Shown here: in pieces, positions 40,228-50,338 of the stretch
How positions within the stretch are numbered: position 1 is the stretch's first letter
How the letters are laid out: every line of letters begins with the position of its first letter
NCBI GenBank assembly: GCA_041489925.1
Contig: JBGPSD010000005.1
Location: forward strand, 1,581-65,580
Reading direction: 5' to 3'
DNA: 64,000 nucleotides
Origin: Candidatus Nanoarchaeia archaeon
Lineage (GTDB): Archaea; Nanobdellota; Nanobdellia; Woesearchaeales; ARS49
Made by a program: the position numbers and the translations under genes
The notes under the pieces: model-generated
The model's input: the letters and a program-made list of their open reading frames with translations, nothing else
What the model was told of the DNA's origin: nothing
Databases searched by the model: none

Positions 40228-42611
40228 GCATATCAACATTTGTCAAGCTGGCTTACAACTATTTTGAACAGCCGTTTGTGCTGCTGCTTGCAATACCGCT
40301 CGTACTGCTTGCTCTCTGGCTCCTCAGGAAGGATTTCATCAAGCTCAAGGAAGACCCTGATATTGTGAAGCAGAAAAAGCGCGCGAGACGGGTGATGGTT
40401 GTCACGCGCACGATAATTATCATCTGCCTCTGCATAGCCCTGGCGTCTCCGTACATACAGCACGAGAAAATAATTGAGGGCGACCCGTTCATCAAGCTCA
40501 TGGTAGACAACTCGACAAGCATGGAACTTTTCGAAACCATTGCCCCTGACCTTGCCGCAAAGCTTGAGAAACGCCTGACTGTTGAAACAAAGACAATTGC
40601 GACAGAAGAACGCTCAGACATTGGCGACGCAATACTAAACAACCTTGAGCCAGGGCAAAGCGTCCTGCTTGTAACAGACGGCAACAGCAACTTTGGCGCA
40701 GACCTTGGGGATGTGGCGCTGTTCGCAGGCAAGCTGAACGCCACAATCAACGCAATCCAGCTCACCCCGAAGGAAAACGATGTTGGAATCGCAATCCTAG
40801 GACCGTCAAAGACAATGGCAGATGTTGACAACACATTCACGATTGTCATCAACCATGTCGGAAAGAAAGACCCTGTGCATGTTGTTGTGACACTGGACGG
40901 CGCGACGCTCCTTGACGAAATCACCGCAGACCCAGTAAAGGAAATCACGCAGAAGCTGTCCGAAGGCTACCACAAGATGACTGCGATGATTGATACAAAG
41001 GACTACTTCCAGCAGAACAATGTATTCTACAAGACAATAAAGGTCGTTCCAAAGCCGCGAATACTGTTTGTCTCAGACAAGGAATCGCCGATGAGGACCC
41101 TGCTCAATGAGCTTTATGTTGTTGACGGGCTTTCATCAGTGCCGGCTGACCTCAAGGACTATTACGCAATCGCAATCAATGACATTCCAGCTGACAACCT
41201 GAAAGACGCGACAGACCGCATAAACGAATTTGTGTCTGACGGCAATGGAATGGTCGTAATGGGCGGCAAGAACTCATTTGACAATGGCGGATACAAGGAC
41301 TCAATGTTCGAGACCATGCTTCCTGCCTTTGTCTCAACGCCGGGCAAGAAGCCAGGCGAGATAAGCGTGGCTGTTGTGGTTGACATCTCCGGAAGCACAG
41401 GGGCGCCTTTCGGAAGGTTCACAAGCACTGCGGAGTTTGAGAAGTCAGCCGCAATAGGAATCTACAAGGATTTGAGGATGGACATCAGGCTCGCGGTAGT
41501 GGCATTCAACACGCAGGCATACCTTATTTCAGAGCCAAGCCAGGTATTTGAAAAAGTCGGGCTTGAGGATCGCATAGGAAGGCTCAAGTTCGGCGGCGGG
41601 ACACTGATGCAGGCAGGAATGCTCAAGGCAGTCGCAATGCTCTCCCAGATGGGCGGAAGCAAGAACATAATCATAATGAGCGACGGAAAGACACAGAGCG
41701 AGAGCGCGGCAATTGAGTCTGCAAAGCTCGCGGCAAACGAGGGAATAAAGATTTACACAGTCGGAGTCGGGCCCACAACAAACGAGAACCTTATGATGCA
41801 GATGGCTGAAATAGGAAACGGAATCTACTTCCGCGCAACAGAGGAAACCAAGCTCAGGATTATTTTCGGGGATGTTGAGGAAAATAAGCAGAAAGAAGGG
41901 ACAATGGGGCTTGTTGTCCTCAATGCAAACCACTTTATCACAGAAGGCTATGATCCAAAGGCAGACCTGCACGGCTTCAACCAGGCAGTGCCAAAGACAA
42001 CAGCAAGGCTCCTGCTGACAACAACAACAGGAGAGCCAATACTCACTGTGTGGCGCGTCGGGCTCGGAAGGGTCGCTGCGTGGACAACAGACGACGGCAC
42101 AGAATGGGCTGGCGATGTCCTGAACAAGATTAACAGCAGGATTTTCGCAAGAATGTTCAACTGGGCAATAGGAGACCCTGACAGGAAGGCAGAGAGCTAT
42201 ATTGACGCAAAAGACACGATTGTGAATGAGCCCGCAGAGATTACGATAAAGTCACCCACGCCGCCAGAGGCAAAGGGAGTTACATTCTACAAGATAGATG
42301 AGGATTTGTATTCAGCGGCAATAACCCCGCCAACAGTCGGCTTCCAGGAAGTCTCAGGTGCATTGTTCGCGGCAAACTACGCCCGCGAGTATGGCGGGCT
42401 TGGCTTTAACGAGGAGCTAAGCAGGATTGTGATGAGCACAGGAGGAAAAGTATTTGACGCAAATGACATCGACGGCATAGTGCAGTACACAAAGGCAAGG
42501 GCGCGGCGCATTATCAACACAAAAGACCGCCTTGGCTGGCCGTTTGTCCTGCTTGCAGTCATAATTTTCCTCATCGAAATATTTATAAGGAGACTTGTCA
42601 GGAGGGAATGA
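40224..42611 (+). CDS. VWA-domain membrane protein
   Basis: Start set at the ATG in ATGA overlap with the upstream stop. MIDAS-like motif VVVDISGSTG. N- and C-terminal TM segments. Confidence 0.7.
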   Translation: MSISTFVKLAYNYFEQPFVLLLAIPLVLLALWLLRKDFIKLKEDPDIVKQKKRARRVMVVTRTIIIICLCIALASPYIQHEKIIEGDPFIKLMVDNSTSMELFETIAPDLAAKLEKRLTVETKTIATEERSDIGDAILNNLEPGQSVLLVTDGNSNFGADLGDVALFAGKLNATINAIQLTPKENDVGIAILGPSKTMADVDNTFTIVINHVGKKDPVHVVVTLDGATLLDEITADPVKEITQKLSEGYHKMTAMIDTKDYFQQNNVFYKTIKVVPKPRILFVSDKESPMRTLLNELYVVDGLSSVPADLKDYYAIAINDIPADNLKDATDRINEFVSDGNGMVVMGGKNSFDNGGYKDSMFETMLPAFVSTPGKKPGEISVAVVVDISGSTGAPFGRFTSTAEFEKSAAIGIYKDLRMDIRLAVVAFNTQAYLISEPSQVFEKVGLEDRIGRLKFGGGTLMQAGMLKAVAMLSQMGGSKNIIIMSDGKTQSESAAIESAKLAANEGIKIYTVGVGPTTNENLMMQMAEIGNGIYFRATEETKLRIIFGDVEENKQKEGTMGLVVLNANHFITEGYDPKADLHGFNQAVPKTTARLLLTTTTGEPILTVWRVGLGRVAAWTTDDGTEWAGDVLNKINSRIFARMFNWAIGDPDRKAESYIDAKDTIVNEPAEITIKSPTPPEAKGVTFYKIDEDLYSAAITPPTVGFQEVSGALFAANYAREYGGLGFNEELSRIVMSTGGKVFDANDIDGIVQYTKARARRIINTKDRLGWPFVLLAVIIFLIEIFIRRLVRRE

Positions 42612-42612
42612 C

Positions 42613-43167
42613 ATGGCATACATAACCAGAAACGCAAACATCGTCCTTTTGTTCCTGATTTTAATAAGCGCAGGAGCCCTTGTGGCGGCAACAGTGTTCT
42701 TTCAGGAGAACTTTGACCGCATAAACACCGCATACAACTCAAAGCTCAGCCAGCTAACGCAGGTAACGGCAGACCTTACGGACAAGCAGGCAGCGCTTGA
42801 CCAGATAAAGAGCGAGCTTACGCTCAAGGCAGCCCGCGAGGAGCAGTTCTCACAGCAGTACTCAACTGTCAAAACAGAAAAAACCCAGCTTGAGGGCGAG
42901 AAAAAGCAGCTCACGCAGGTGAAGGTGAGCCTGGAAAACGAGCTTGAGAGCACTGAAAACCAGCTTGTGACAACCAAGAACTCGCTTGAGGCATTCAAAG
43001 GGGAGAACTTGCTTTTGAAGGTAGACCTTGCAGAAGCGAATGCAGCTGTTGTGGTATTAAACAAGAAGATTGACGATTACAAGGACAGCATAGACGCCCT
43101 GCAGTCAAAGATATCCTGCCTGCAGACACAGCTCGCAAAGCCTGACGCAGAGGAGGGAACCTGCTGA
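42613..43167 (+). CDS. membrane-anchored coiled-coil protein
   Basis: Trimmed to MAYITRN... One TM segment, then a heptad-rich Q/E/L/K sequence. Confidence 0.5.
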   Translation: MAYITRNANIVLLFLILISAGALVAATVFFQENFDRINTAYNSKLSQLTQVTADLTDKQAALDQIKSELTLKAAREEQFSQQYSTVKTEKTQLEGEKKQLTQVKVSLENELESTENQLVTTKNSLEAFKGENLLLKVDLAEANAAVVVLNKKIDDYKDSIDALQSKISCLQTQLAKPDAEEGTC

Positions 43168-43958
43168 TGGTGATGAAGCCGATAATCGCGGCATTGAAGG
43201 AATTGCGCAGCGCGATTTCGCAGATAACAATCTTCACAGCACTGCTTGATACCCTTGTGGTTTTCCTGATTTGCGCACTTGTGCTGATACTGATATCGCT
43301 TCCGTGGTGGTACGGGCTTGTGCCTGCGCTCATTTACGGCGCCGTACACCTGTACAGGAACATAAGGAAATACAAGAACCTCGCGTATGTTGAGGAAAAG
43401 GTGCCTGAGCTTCAGGAGCAGCTGATAACAGTCGCTGACAACACAGACAAGGAAAACGCGATTGTCACAAGCCTCCAGCAGGATGTGCTGAGGGGGATGA
43501 GGGCTATCAAGACATCATATTTCCTCAGCTTCGGAAGGCTTGCGCGAGAGCTTATCACTCTCGCAGTCGTGAGCATACTGATTATAACAGTCTCTGCGCA
43601 CGGCGTGAAATTCCTTGACTTTAATGATGTGCTCAAGGACCTTGGCAAGCTTGGGCAGGGTGCAGGAGCATATGACCTTTCAAACATGAGCCTTGAGTTC
43701 CTTGAGAACATGAGCGAGGACATTTACGGCAACAAGAGCATTGAGGAGCTTGGCAATGACGAAATCCAGATGCAGCTCTCGCCTGTGCTTAGCGACATTG
43801 ACATCAGCAAGGTAAGCCCGCCAGAGAGCAAGGAGTTCAAGAGCTCATTGCCGCAGGAAATCAAGGCGACAACAGACGTCTCGTTCCAGGAAAGCATCCC
43901 GAAGGGATACCAGAGGATTGTCAAATCATATTTCCGTGAAATCGCAAAAACTTCATAA
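43167..43958 (+). CDS. hypothetical membrane protein
   Basis: 263-aa ORF whose start overlaps the upstream stop. Has 2-4 TM segments. Confidence 0.5.
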   Translation: MVMKPIIAALKELRSAISQITIFTALLDTLVVFLICALVLILISLPWWYGLVPALIYGAVHLYRNIRKYKNLAYVEEKVPELQEQLITVADNTDKENAIVTSLQQDVLRGMRAIKTSYFLSFGRLARELITLAVVSILIITVSAHGVKFLDFNDVLKDLGKLGQGAGAYDLSNMSLEFLENMSEDIYGNKSIEELGNDEIQMQLSPVLSDIDISKVSPPESKEFKSSLPQEIKATTDVSFQESIPKGYQRIVKSYFREIAKTS

Positions 43959-43967
43959 TAAAGGAGG

Positions 43968-44912
43968 ATGAAAAATATGAGATTGGAAGACACCAAGAAA
44001 ACATTTGACCACCTGCTCCACGAGATGAACAGGGTGATCGTCGGAATGGACGAGGTGCTTAAGCAGATGGTAGTGTCCCTGCTTACGAACTCGCACGCAA
44101 TACTGGAAGGTTATCCGGGGCTGGCAAAGACGCTCAGCATCAAGACAATGGCGCAGCTTCTGAGCCTCAAGTTCTCGCGTATCCAAAACACGCCTGACCT
44201 TATGCCATCGGACATCACAGGAACGTACATCATTGAGGAGACAACAGGCGGCAAGAGGAGTTTCAAGTTCCAGCCCGGCCCTGTCTTCGCAAACGTCATC
44301 CTGGCAGACGAAATCAACCGTGCAACCCCAAAGACGCAGTCGGCTTTGCTTGAGGCAATGCAGGAAAAGCAGGTCACTGTCGGAAACAGCACTTTCAAGC
44401 TCGAGGAGCCGTTCTTCGTGCTTGCAACGCAGAACCCGATTGAACAGGAAGGAACATATCCCCTGCCTGAAGCACAGAGCGACCGTTTCCTGTTCAAAAT
44501 CAGGACAGAGTACCCGACATTTGACCAGGAGCTGGAGATTGTCAACAGGTATGCGGAAGAGGAAAAGCGCGTTACATTGAAGCCGGTGCTGAGCCGCGAT
44601 GAGCTTATGTTCCTGCAAAGCCTCACAAGGCAGGTGCCAATCGCTGCAGACATCAAGAAGTACGCTGTCTCGCTTGTCACTGCGACAAGGCAGAAAAAAG
44701 ACCTGATTGAATACGGCGCTTCACCGCGTGCATCAATCGGAATTGTGCTTGCTGCAAAGGGAAGGGCGCTGCTTGAGGGAAGGAAGTACGTGTCAAAGCA
44801 GGACATTAACCTGATGGCGCTTCCAGTGCTGAGGCACAGGATTATCCTTAGCTTTGAGGCAGAAAGGCAAAACCTCCACGAAGACGACGTAATCAAGCAG
44901 TTCCTTAAGTGA
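43968..44912 (+). CDS. MoxR-family AAA+ ATPase
   Basis: Walker A-like GYPGLAKT, Walker B ILADEINRA, MoxR signature VLATQNPIEQEGTYPLPEAQSDRF. Confidence 0.93.
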   Translation: MKNMRLEDTKKTFDHLLHEMNRVIVGMDEVLKQMVVSLLTNSHAILEGYPGLAKTLSIKTMAQLLSLKFSRIQNTPDLMPSDITGTYIIEETTGGKRSFKFQPGPVFANVILADEINRATPKTQSALLEAMQEKQVTVGNSTFKLEEPFFVLATQNPIEQEGTYPLPEAQSDRFLFKIRTEYPTFDQELEIVNRYAEEEKRVTLKPVLSRDELMFLQSLTRQVPIAADIKKYAVSLVTATRQKKDLIEYGASPRASIGIVLAAKGRALLEGRKYVSKQDINLMALPVLRHRIILSFEAERQNLHEDDVIKQFLK

Positions 44913-44916
44913 GTCT

Positions 44917-45771
44917 ATGGCAATTGACCTAAGCTTCCTGCACCAGCTGGACAGGATGTCGCTGATTATCAACAAGCGGCTTACATCCAACTATGTGGGA
45001 GAGCGAAGGGCTGTTGCGACAGGCCGCGGGCTCATTTTCAAGGACCACGCGATTTACACGCCAGGGGATGACTTCAGGGCAATTGACTGGAAAGTGCTTG
45101 CCCGGCTTGACAAGCTGTTTATCAAGCGCTTTGAGGAGGAAAGAAACCTCACAGTCCACGTCATCATTGACTATTCCGGCTCCATGGGATTTGGCCAGAA
45201 AGTCAAGAAAGTGGATTATGCAGACATGCTCGGGCTCGGATTCTGCTATATGGCAATGAAGCACAATGAAAGGTTTGTCGTAAGCACTTTTGCTGACCGC
45301 CTTGAGGTTTTCAAGCCAAAAAGAGGCAGGACAAACCTGATGAGGGCGCTTGACTACCTGAATGAAAGGAAGCCAAAAGGGCTGAGCAAGTTTGAGGCGT
45401 CTCTTGCTGCTTACAAAAAAAGAATCAACACAAGGTCTTTTGTTGTTATAATGTCAGACTTCCTGTATGACCCTGCAGAGATAAAGAGCGCGATAAAGCG
45501 CTACAGGGACCACCACGTTGTGCTTATACAGGTGCTTGACAAGACAGAGGCAGAGATGAACATTGAGGGCGACTTCAAGCTTGTTGACGCAGAAACAGAT
45601 GACACGCTCAGGACTTTTATCTCGCCGTACGCAAGGAAGAATTATTTGCAGCAGATGGCAGAGCACCAGGCGAAGATAAGGCAGGCATGCGATGAAATCG
45701 GCGCGAAATTCTTTGTCTTCAGCACAGATTACCCGATATTTGACGCATTCTACACTGTTTTGAATGAGTGA
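44917..45771 (+). CDS. DUF58 (VWA-like) protein
   Basis: YTPGDDFRAIDWKVLARLDKLFIKRFEEE followed by VIIDYSGSMGFG. This is the canonical MoxR partner. Confidence 0.88.
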   Translation: MAIDLSFLHQLDRMSLIINKRLTSNYVGERRAVATGRGLIFKDHAIYTPGDDFRAIDWKVLARLDKLFIKRFEEERNLTVHVIIDYSGSMGFGQKVKKVDYADMLGLGFCYMAMKHNERFVVSTFADRLEVFKPKRGRTNLMRALDYLNERKPKGLSKFEASLAAYKKRINTRSFVVIMSDFLYDPAEIKSAIKRYRDHHVVLIQVLDKTEAEMNIEGDFKLVDAETDDTLRTFISPYARKNYLQQMAEHQAKIRQACDEIGAKFFVFSTDYPIFDAFYTVLNE

Positions 45772-46143
45772 TTACCATTTAAACTTCCTGTGCCACTTTG
45801 CAACTTCCTTGTTCAGGTCCCTTGCTTCCAGGATTGCGTCATCAATAGTGGTTTCCAGTGGGCGCAGTGAAATCACTTCTGTCCTGAACCCCTTTCCGTG
45901 CTTTTTGCGCTCAGCTGTCGCGATAAATATTGCCCTCTGATTCTGCCTGTAAGCGTTTATGGCATACTGAGGAATCCAGATTGAGAGCCCGTTCCTTGAA
46001 TAGCTCCATGCCTCAATCGCATCTGGAAGGAATTCCCTCTTGAATTTGCTTTCCGGAAAAGGAAGCCCCTGCCAGACCTCCCAGTAGTAAGTCTTGAATG
46101 GCTTTTTCTCTGGTGAGTATTTTAGGTAGTCTTTTCCCATCAC
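45772..46143 (-). CDS. hypothetical protein
   Basis: 123-aa ORF, no motif recognised. Confidence 0.45.
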   Translation of the reverse strand: MMGKDYLKYSPEKKPFKTYYWEVWQGLPFPESKFKREFLPDAIEAWSYSRNGLSIWIPQYAINAYRQNQRAIFIATAERKKHGKGFRTEVISLRPLETTIDDAILEARDLNKEVAKWHRKFKW

Positions 46144-46179
46144 GAATCAGAAATGCTGCCTTCGCGCGGCTTATAAAGT

Positions 46180-47829
46180 TTATTGAAGTCCAAAGTCAAG
46201 CGAAGGCTCGCGCTTTATCGGCTTTGAAAAATCAAGCTCAAGGACTGCTGGCTCAAAGCTGTCTTCAAGGTATTTCAGCTCTGTATCTGTCAAAGGAGTG
46301 AGCGTCATCTCCGGCTCAGAAGGCTTGTCCCAGATGAAGTCAAGGACTGGCTCTGCCTTTGGCGCAGGTGCTGTTGGCGCTGGCAGCATTGAAGGCGCCT
46401 CTGCGAATGCCCTTGCTATCTGTGTGGCAGCGTCATTAGCCTGTGTAACTGCGTCATTTACTGCCTCAGGCGCTTTTGTAAAGTAGCTTACGAATTTGTT
46501 TGCAGCTCCAAAAAGTGAAAAGCGCTTTGCTTCCGGCATAGTGACTGGTGCTTCCTGTTTTGGTATAGCAACCTGTGCTTCCTGCTTCAGAGGCTCTTCT
46601 TTCCTTGTGCCAGCCTGCTCTTCCTGCTTCTGAGGCTCTTCTTTGTTAATGCCCACAAGATAGTCAAGCCCAAACATCCCGCCAATTGTCACAGCAGCAG
46701 CTGTTGCAGTTGCGGCAAGGAATTTTCTGAATCCGCTTACTGGTTTCTTTACGTGCCTGCGGATTGTCCTGGTTTCGTAGTCTTTCCTGCCTGAATAAGG
46801 AACTATGTTCTGGAATTTCTTCATCATTGCCCAGTTTTCAGCGCTGTCATTAGCATAAACCTGCTTTTTAAGCGACATCAGGATTCCGGGTTTGCTTCTG
46901 AGCGCTTCCTCAAGCTCGAGGCTGTTCTCGTTTTTGAGCGCATTAAGCGCAGCAACCTTTGCCCTTGCATCCCCTTCCTTTGCAGCTTCAGAGATGTCGC
47001 CGAGCACGCTGTCGTATGTAATCATGTAGTCAATCATTTTCTCCCTTAATTTATCCAGCCTTTGTTTGCGCCTCTCAGATGCAGAGTCTTTTGCTGCCAG
47101 GTATTTTGCACGCAATTGCAGGTCAGCAAATTGCCTGCGTGATTCCGGATTGAATTTGCAGTCAGTTATTTCGCGCTCAAGATTGTAAAGCGTTTTTTCC
47201 AGCTCATCAAATGACATTGGTTTGATTTGAGGGGCATAAGTGATTTCCTCTTGCGTTTCAATTGGTTCAGTTATTTCAACAGGTTCAAGCACAATATCAA
47301 GTACTGGCGCAGACTGGCTTTTCAATGCATAATCAGCAGCATTCTGGATACGTGCATAAAGCCCGATAAAGCGTGCGTCTGGCTTGTCCATCGTAATTGA
47401 GTATTCATCAGCAGCCTTTAATGCCTGCTCAAGCAGGTGGTATGTGTTTTTGTCAAAAGTATTGCCGCGTATGCTCTGCATTATCTCATCAACCTGGCCT
47501 TCAAGGTGTGTGTATGGTGCAGGGCTTTCGCCTTTCTTTGAAGAGTCAGAAACTATGTCTGAGAACTGGAGGACCAGGTGGTAGTCTTTTGCAGCCATGC
47601 CTATTTTCGCGCCTATGCGGACCATTTCCTTGTTTCTCAGGAGTTCGTCAAAAACATCCTTATGGTCGTGCTTAAGCACATACAGCGCAGCAACCTTTGA
47701 CCAGGGGTCTCCTCCATTATCCATTGTGGAAGGGTTCTGGACGAACTGTTCGCATTCCCTGACGTAATCAGAGAGTGCCTTCTGGCTCGTAGAACTAACT
47801 TCTGCAGGATTATCGTGTGCCTCACTCAT
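46180..47829 (-). CDS. hypothetical protein with one TM segment
   Basis: 549-aa ORF with a hydrophobic stretch FLAATATAAAVTIGGMFGL. ATTTATATAC lies 21 nt upstream of the ATG. Confidence 0.5.
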   Translation of the reverse strand: MSEAHDNPAEVSSTSQKALSDYVRECEQFVQNPSTMDNGGDPWSKVAALYVLKHDHKDVFDELLRNKEMVRIGAKIGMAAKDYHLVLQFSDIVSDSSKKGESPAPYTHLEGQVDEIMQSIRGNTFDKNTYHLLEQALKAADEYSITMDKPDARFIGLYARIQNAADYALKSQSAPVLDIVLEPVEITEPIETQEEITYAPQIKPMSFDELEKTLYNLEREITDCKFNPESRRQFADLQLRAKYLAAKDSASERRKQRLDKLREKMIDYMITYDSVLGDISEAAKEGDARAKVAALNALKNENSLELEEALRSKPGILMSLKKQVYANDSAENWAMMKKFQNIVPYSGRKDYETRTIRRHVKKPVSGFRKFLAATATAAAVTIGGMFGLDYLVGINKEEPQKQEEQAGTRKEEPLKQEAQVAIPKQEAPVTMPEAKRFSLFGAANKFVSYFTKAPEAVNDAVTQANDAATQIARAFAEAPSMLPAPTAPAPKAEPVLDFIWDKPSEPEMTLTPLTDTELKYLEDSFEPAVLELDFSKPIKREPSLDFGLQ

Positions 47830-47850
47830 GCACTATCAGCTGTTTTTCAA

Positions 47851-47860
47851 GTATATAAAT
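47851..47860 (-). promoter_or_regulatory. TATA box for the 46180..47829 gene
   Basis: Minus-strand ATTTATATAC lies 21 nt upstream of the ATG at 47829. Confidence 0.5.
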
Positions 47861-47901
47861 CTTCCTGTTTTAACTACTCCTCAGTAGATAAAAACATAAG
47901 G

Positions 47902-47909
47902 TTTAAATA
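47902..47909 (+). promoter_or_regulatory. TATA box for the 47932 gene
   Basis: TTTAAATA lies 22 nt upstream of the ATG at 47932. Confidence 0.5.
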
Positions 47910-47931
47910 TGGCGGGCTTTTTACCAGAGCC

Positions 47932-49152
47932 ATGGCTGAACAAAACAGGGACATTGCAACATTGTTCGGTGACGCGTACTCAAAGAGCGCTCCAAGGGTT
48001 CTATGGGACCAGCACGGCTTCCTTCTTGACACCCTTGAAACTAAGCTCGCAGGCAAAAACGACCCTGTTGTTCTTGTTTTGGGCCCTGGCGGCAAGGTTC
48101 TTCCATACTCCTGCACTTACACTGCTGATGGAAAGCTGGGAGACACAAACAGGGGAAGGATAAAAAAGATTGTTGGCGAGGGCAAGATTGTGCTTCTCGA
48201 TTATGTTGTTGATTATAACAAGGCAGGGCTTATTCAGGGGCTTGACACCCTGACACAAATGGGCTTCTTTGAGCCTCGATATTTCAGGGTTGGAAGTTTT
48301 ATACACGACGGAAGCATTTGCATTCCACACACCAAGCCAGGAACAATATCTTTCCTCAAGAACAACCTGCGCGACCAACTGCGCGTCTCTTCAGAATCAG
48401 CTGACGCAGTTGATGCAACGCTTTCAATCCATCACGCTTCTGTCACAAGGGATGAGCTTAGGCGCGTTTACAGGGAGATTTCAAGGGCTCTGAAGCCAGG
48501 GGGCATTGTGCATCTTGGCGAAGGAAACGTAAACATGAACTATTCTGAAGACAAGCTTGTCAGAATTGGGCAGGATGTTTGCGAATATCTTGGAACACCA
48601 GTCCATCTTGAAGACAACAGGGATTCAGGAAACGGATATGTCCTGAATGCGATGTTTGTGCCTGGCAAAAAATATGACCGCCTGTCTGCCTTTAGCAAAC
48701 TCAAAGATGCAGTCCTTCCTGCAGAAGTTCTTGTTGACAAGGAAGGGATTGTCCATGTTACCGCCCAGGAACCTGTTGAGCTGATGCGCACTCTGCTTGG
48801 CAAGGGCTATGGCAATGTACGCACTACTGATGCAACTCATGTTGAAATGCCTTTGATAGACCCGTCCATGCCTGAGGACGTTGCAGGGCACATTAATCCT
48901 GTTGACGGCTATTATGCTGCAATCAAGTCGCGCATAGTCAGAGGATATCAGGGAATAGATGACGAGCTTGTTGCCAAGATATCAAAAGGGCTTGCAGATG
49001 AAAGCGGAAAGGCAAGAAAAGGAATAGTTGAGTATTACATGGGCGAGCCGCAGATTCTGGCTGCACTTAATGATGTCGGCTTCAAAGATGTGCAGGTCAA
49101 GCACCACGAAATAGAGCCATTCTACAATATTACCGCAGTTAAGCCTGCCTGA
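47932..49152 (+). CDS. hypothetical protein, possibly SAM-methyltransferase-like
   Basis: Trimmed to MAEQNRDIATLF... using promoter spacing. Weak motif resemblance only (VLVLGPGGK, ALKPGGIVHLGEG). Confidence 0.4.
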   Translation: MAEQNRDIATLFGDAYSKSAPRVLWDQHGFLLDTLETKLAGKNDPVVLVLGPGGKVLPYSCTYTADGKLGDTNRGRIKKIVGEGKIVLLDYVVDYNKAGLIQGLDTLTQMGFFEPRYFRVGSFIHDGSICIPHTKPGTISFLKNNLRDQLRVSSESADAVDATLSIHHASVTRDELRRVYREISRALKPGGIVHLGEGNVNMNYSEDKLVRIGQDVCEYLGTPVHLEDNRDSGNGYVLNAMFVPGKKYDRLSAFSKLKDAVLPAEVLVDKEGIVHVTAQEPVELMRTLLGKGYGNVRTTDATHVEMPLIDPSMPEDVAGHINPVDGYYAAIKSRIVRGYQGIDDELVAKISKGLADESGKARKGIVEYYMGEPQILAALNDVGFKDVQVKHHEIEPFYNITAVKPA

Positions 49153-49155
49153 GAA

Positions 49156-49344
49156 TTATTTCTTAATTCCCCAGTACTTTGCCAGCACGCCTGTTAGGAT
49201 TCCTATTGCTATTGAAATGAGCAAGCCGGTTGTGAACGGATACAGGCTTGTGAACAGCCCTGTGAGCAGGACTATTATCCCTATTCCGCCCATCAGCTTA
49301 ATCACTGCCTCTTTCTGTTTTTTGCTTTTTTGTTTCTTGTTCAT
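49156..49344 (-). CDS. 62-aa membrane protein
   Basis: Two TM segments. 4-nt overlap with the upstream gene. Confidence 0.4.
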   Translation of the reverse strand: MNKKQKSKKQKEAVIKLMGGIGIIVLLTGLFTSLYPFTTGLLISIAIGILTGVLAKYWGIKK

Positions 49345-49652
49345 TGCGCAAACACCTCAACGCCATTGTTTCTCATCATCATATACGCAGTCAGCCCTAT
49401 GAATATTATGTTGATAATCATCTGGGTGATGATGCCGATTGCAATATACTTTCTCTTCTCAAAGAAATATGCTATGCTCATCGCATACAAAAACACGAGC
49501 GCGACTCCGATAAAAATGATTTTCATGGACGCCTGCTGCGTATTCATCATCAACAGCATCAGGCCGTTTTTTACTATTCCTGCAGCCACCATCATCGCAA
49601 AAAAGCCAATGCAAAAATCAGTTACTTTTTGGCTTTTCTTCTTGTATTTCAT
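49341..49652 (-). CDS. 103-aa membrane protein
   Basis: Three TM segments. 4-nt overlaps on both sides. Confidence 0.45.
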   Translation of the reverse strand: MKYKKKSQKVTDFCIGFFAMMVAAGIVKNGLMLLMMNTQQASMKIIFIGVALVFLYAMSIAYFFEKRKYIAIGIITQMIINIIFIGLTAYMMMRNNGVEVFAQ

Positions 49653-50338
49653 TTCAACTCCATTCCAACCAGCTCGTTAATCTCATCCTCTGAAATAGCG
49701 CAGCCGTTCAGCTTGACTCCCCAAAGGACAGAGTCAAGGAGCTCTTTCCTTGCATTTGGAACCTTGACTACATAGTTGTCCAGCAATCCTTTTTCGTATG
49801 CAATCGTCACAAGCTCTGCAGAGCGGATTATTTCCACGTGGCGGGTTATGTTCCTGAACTGTTCAAGGCGCCCTGTGTCCACGTGAAGCTTTGTGCGGAG
49901 CCTGTGCGACATCAGCTCCTGAAGCTGCTCAGGGGTCTCAAGCAATGACCTTGTGATACGCTCGTCCATCACAACCTTGTTTATTCCCAGCCCTGAAGCA
50001 GCGGCAAGGGTTTCCATTTCACCGAGCTGGACAATACTTATCGGAGACTTTTGCGCCCAAAACACCGTGTTTGCCATGTCAAGGAACTGCAATGCCCTGC
50101 TTTTCAGCTCAGGCTTGTCAATGACTTTCAAATCGCCCTGTTCTATCAGGCGCTGGACCTGCAAAGCCTCAAACTTGAACTTCTTTGTCGCCAATGGGCG
50201 GTCAACAAGCTCCCTTTTAACGCTTGAAACAACATAGAATTTTGTGCTTGTCTTTTTCTGCAAAGCCTCAACCAGCCAGAGGAGGTTGTTTGTGGTTAGC
50301 GAGATTACCGGCCCTGCATCAAGGAGTATTTCTGTCAT
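49649..50338 (-). CDS. PIN-like (DUF3368/COG2405-like) protein, enlarged
   Basis: The N-terminus ILLDAGPVISLTTNNLLWLVEAL...VVSSVKRELVD fits the pattern D-x-x-P-(L/V)-I-x-L...V-x3-V-x-x-E-(L/V). 229 aa. Confidence 0.5.
   Translation of the reverse strand: MTEILLDAGPVISLTTNNLLWLVEALQKKTSTKFYVVSSVKRELVDRPLATKKFKFEALQVQRLIEQGDLKVIDKPELKSRALQFLDMANTVFWAQKSPISIVQLGEMETLAAASGLGINKVVMDERITRSLLETPEQLQELMSHRLRTKLHVDTGRLEQFRNITRHVEIIRSAELVTIAYEKGLLDNYVVKVPNARKELLDSVLWGVKLNGCAISEDEINELVGMELK

Noticed and set aside
44111-44896. Long antisense ORFs opposite well-supported genes (for example 44111..44896, 40259..40948, 59551..60402, 57208..57984, 30502..31131, 43953..44618, 26022..26495).
   Set aside because: The opposite strand carries clear family motifs (MoxR, VWA, SBDS, Rrp42, Pth2/S6e, L39e/S19e). 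The antisense products are low-complexity Ser/Cys/Leu-rich with no motifs.
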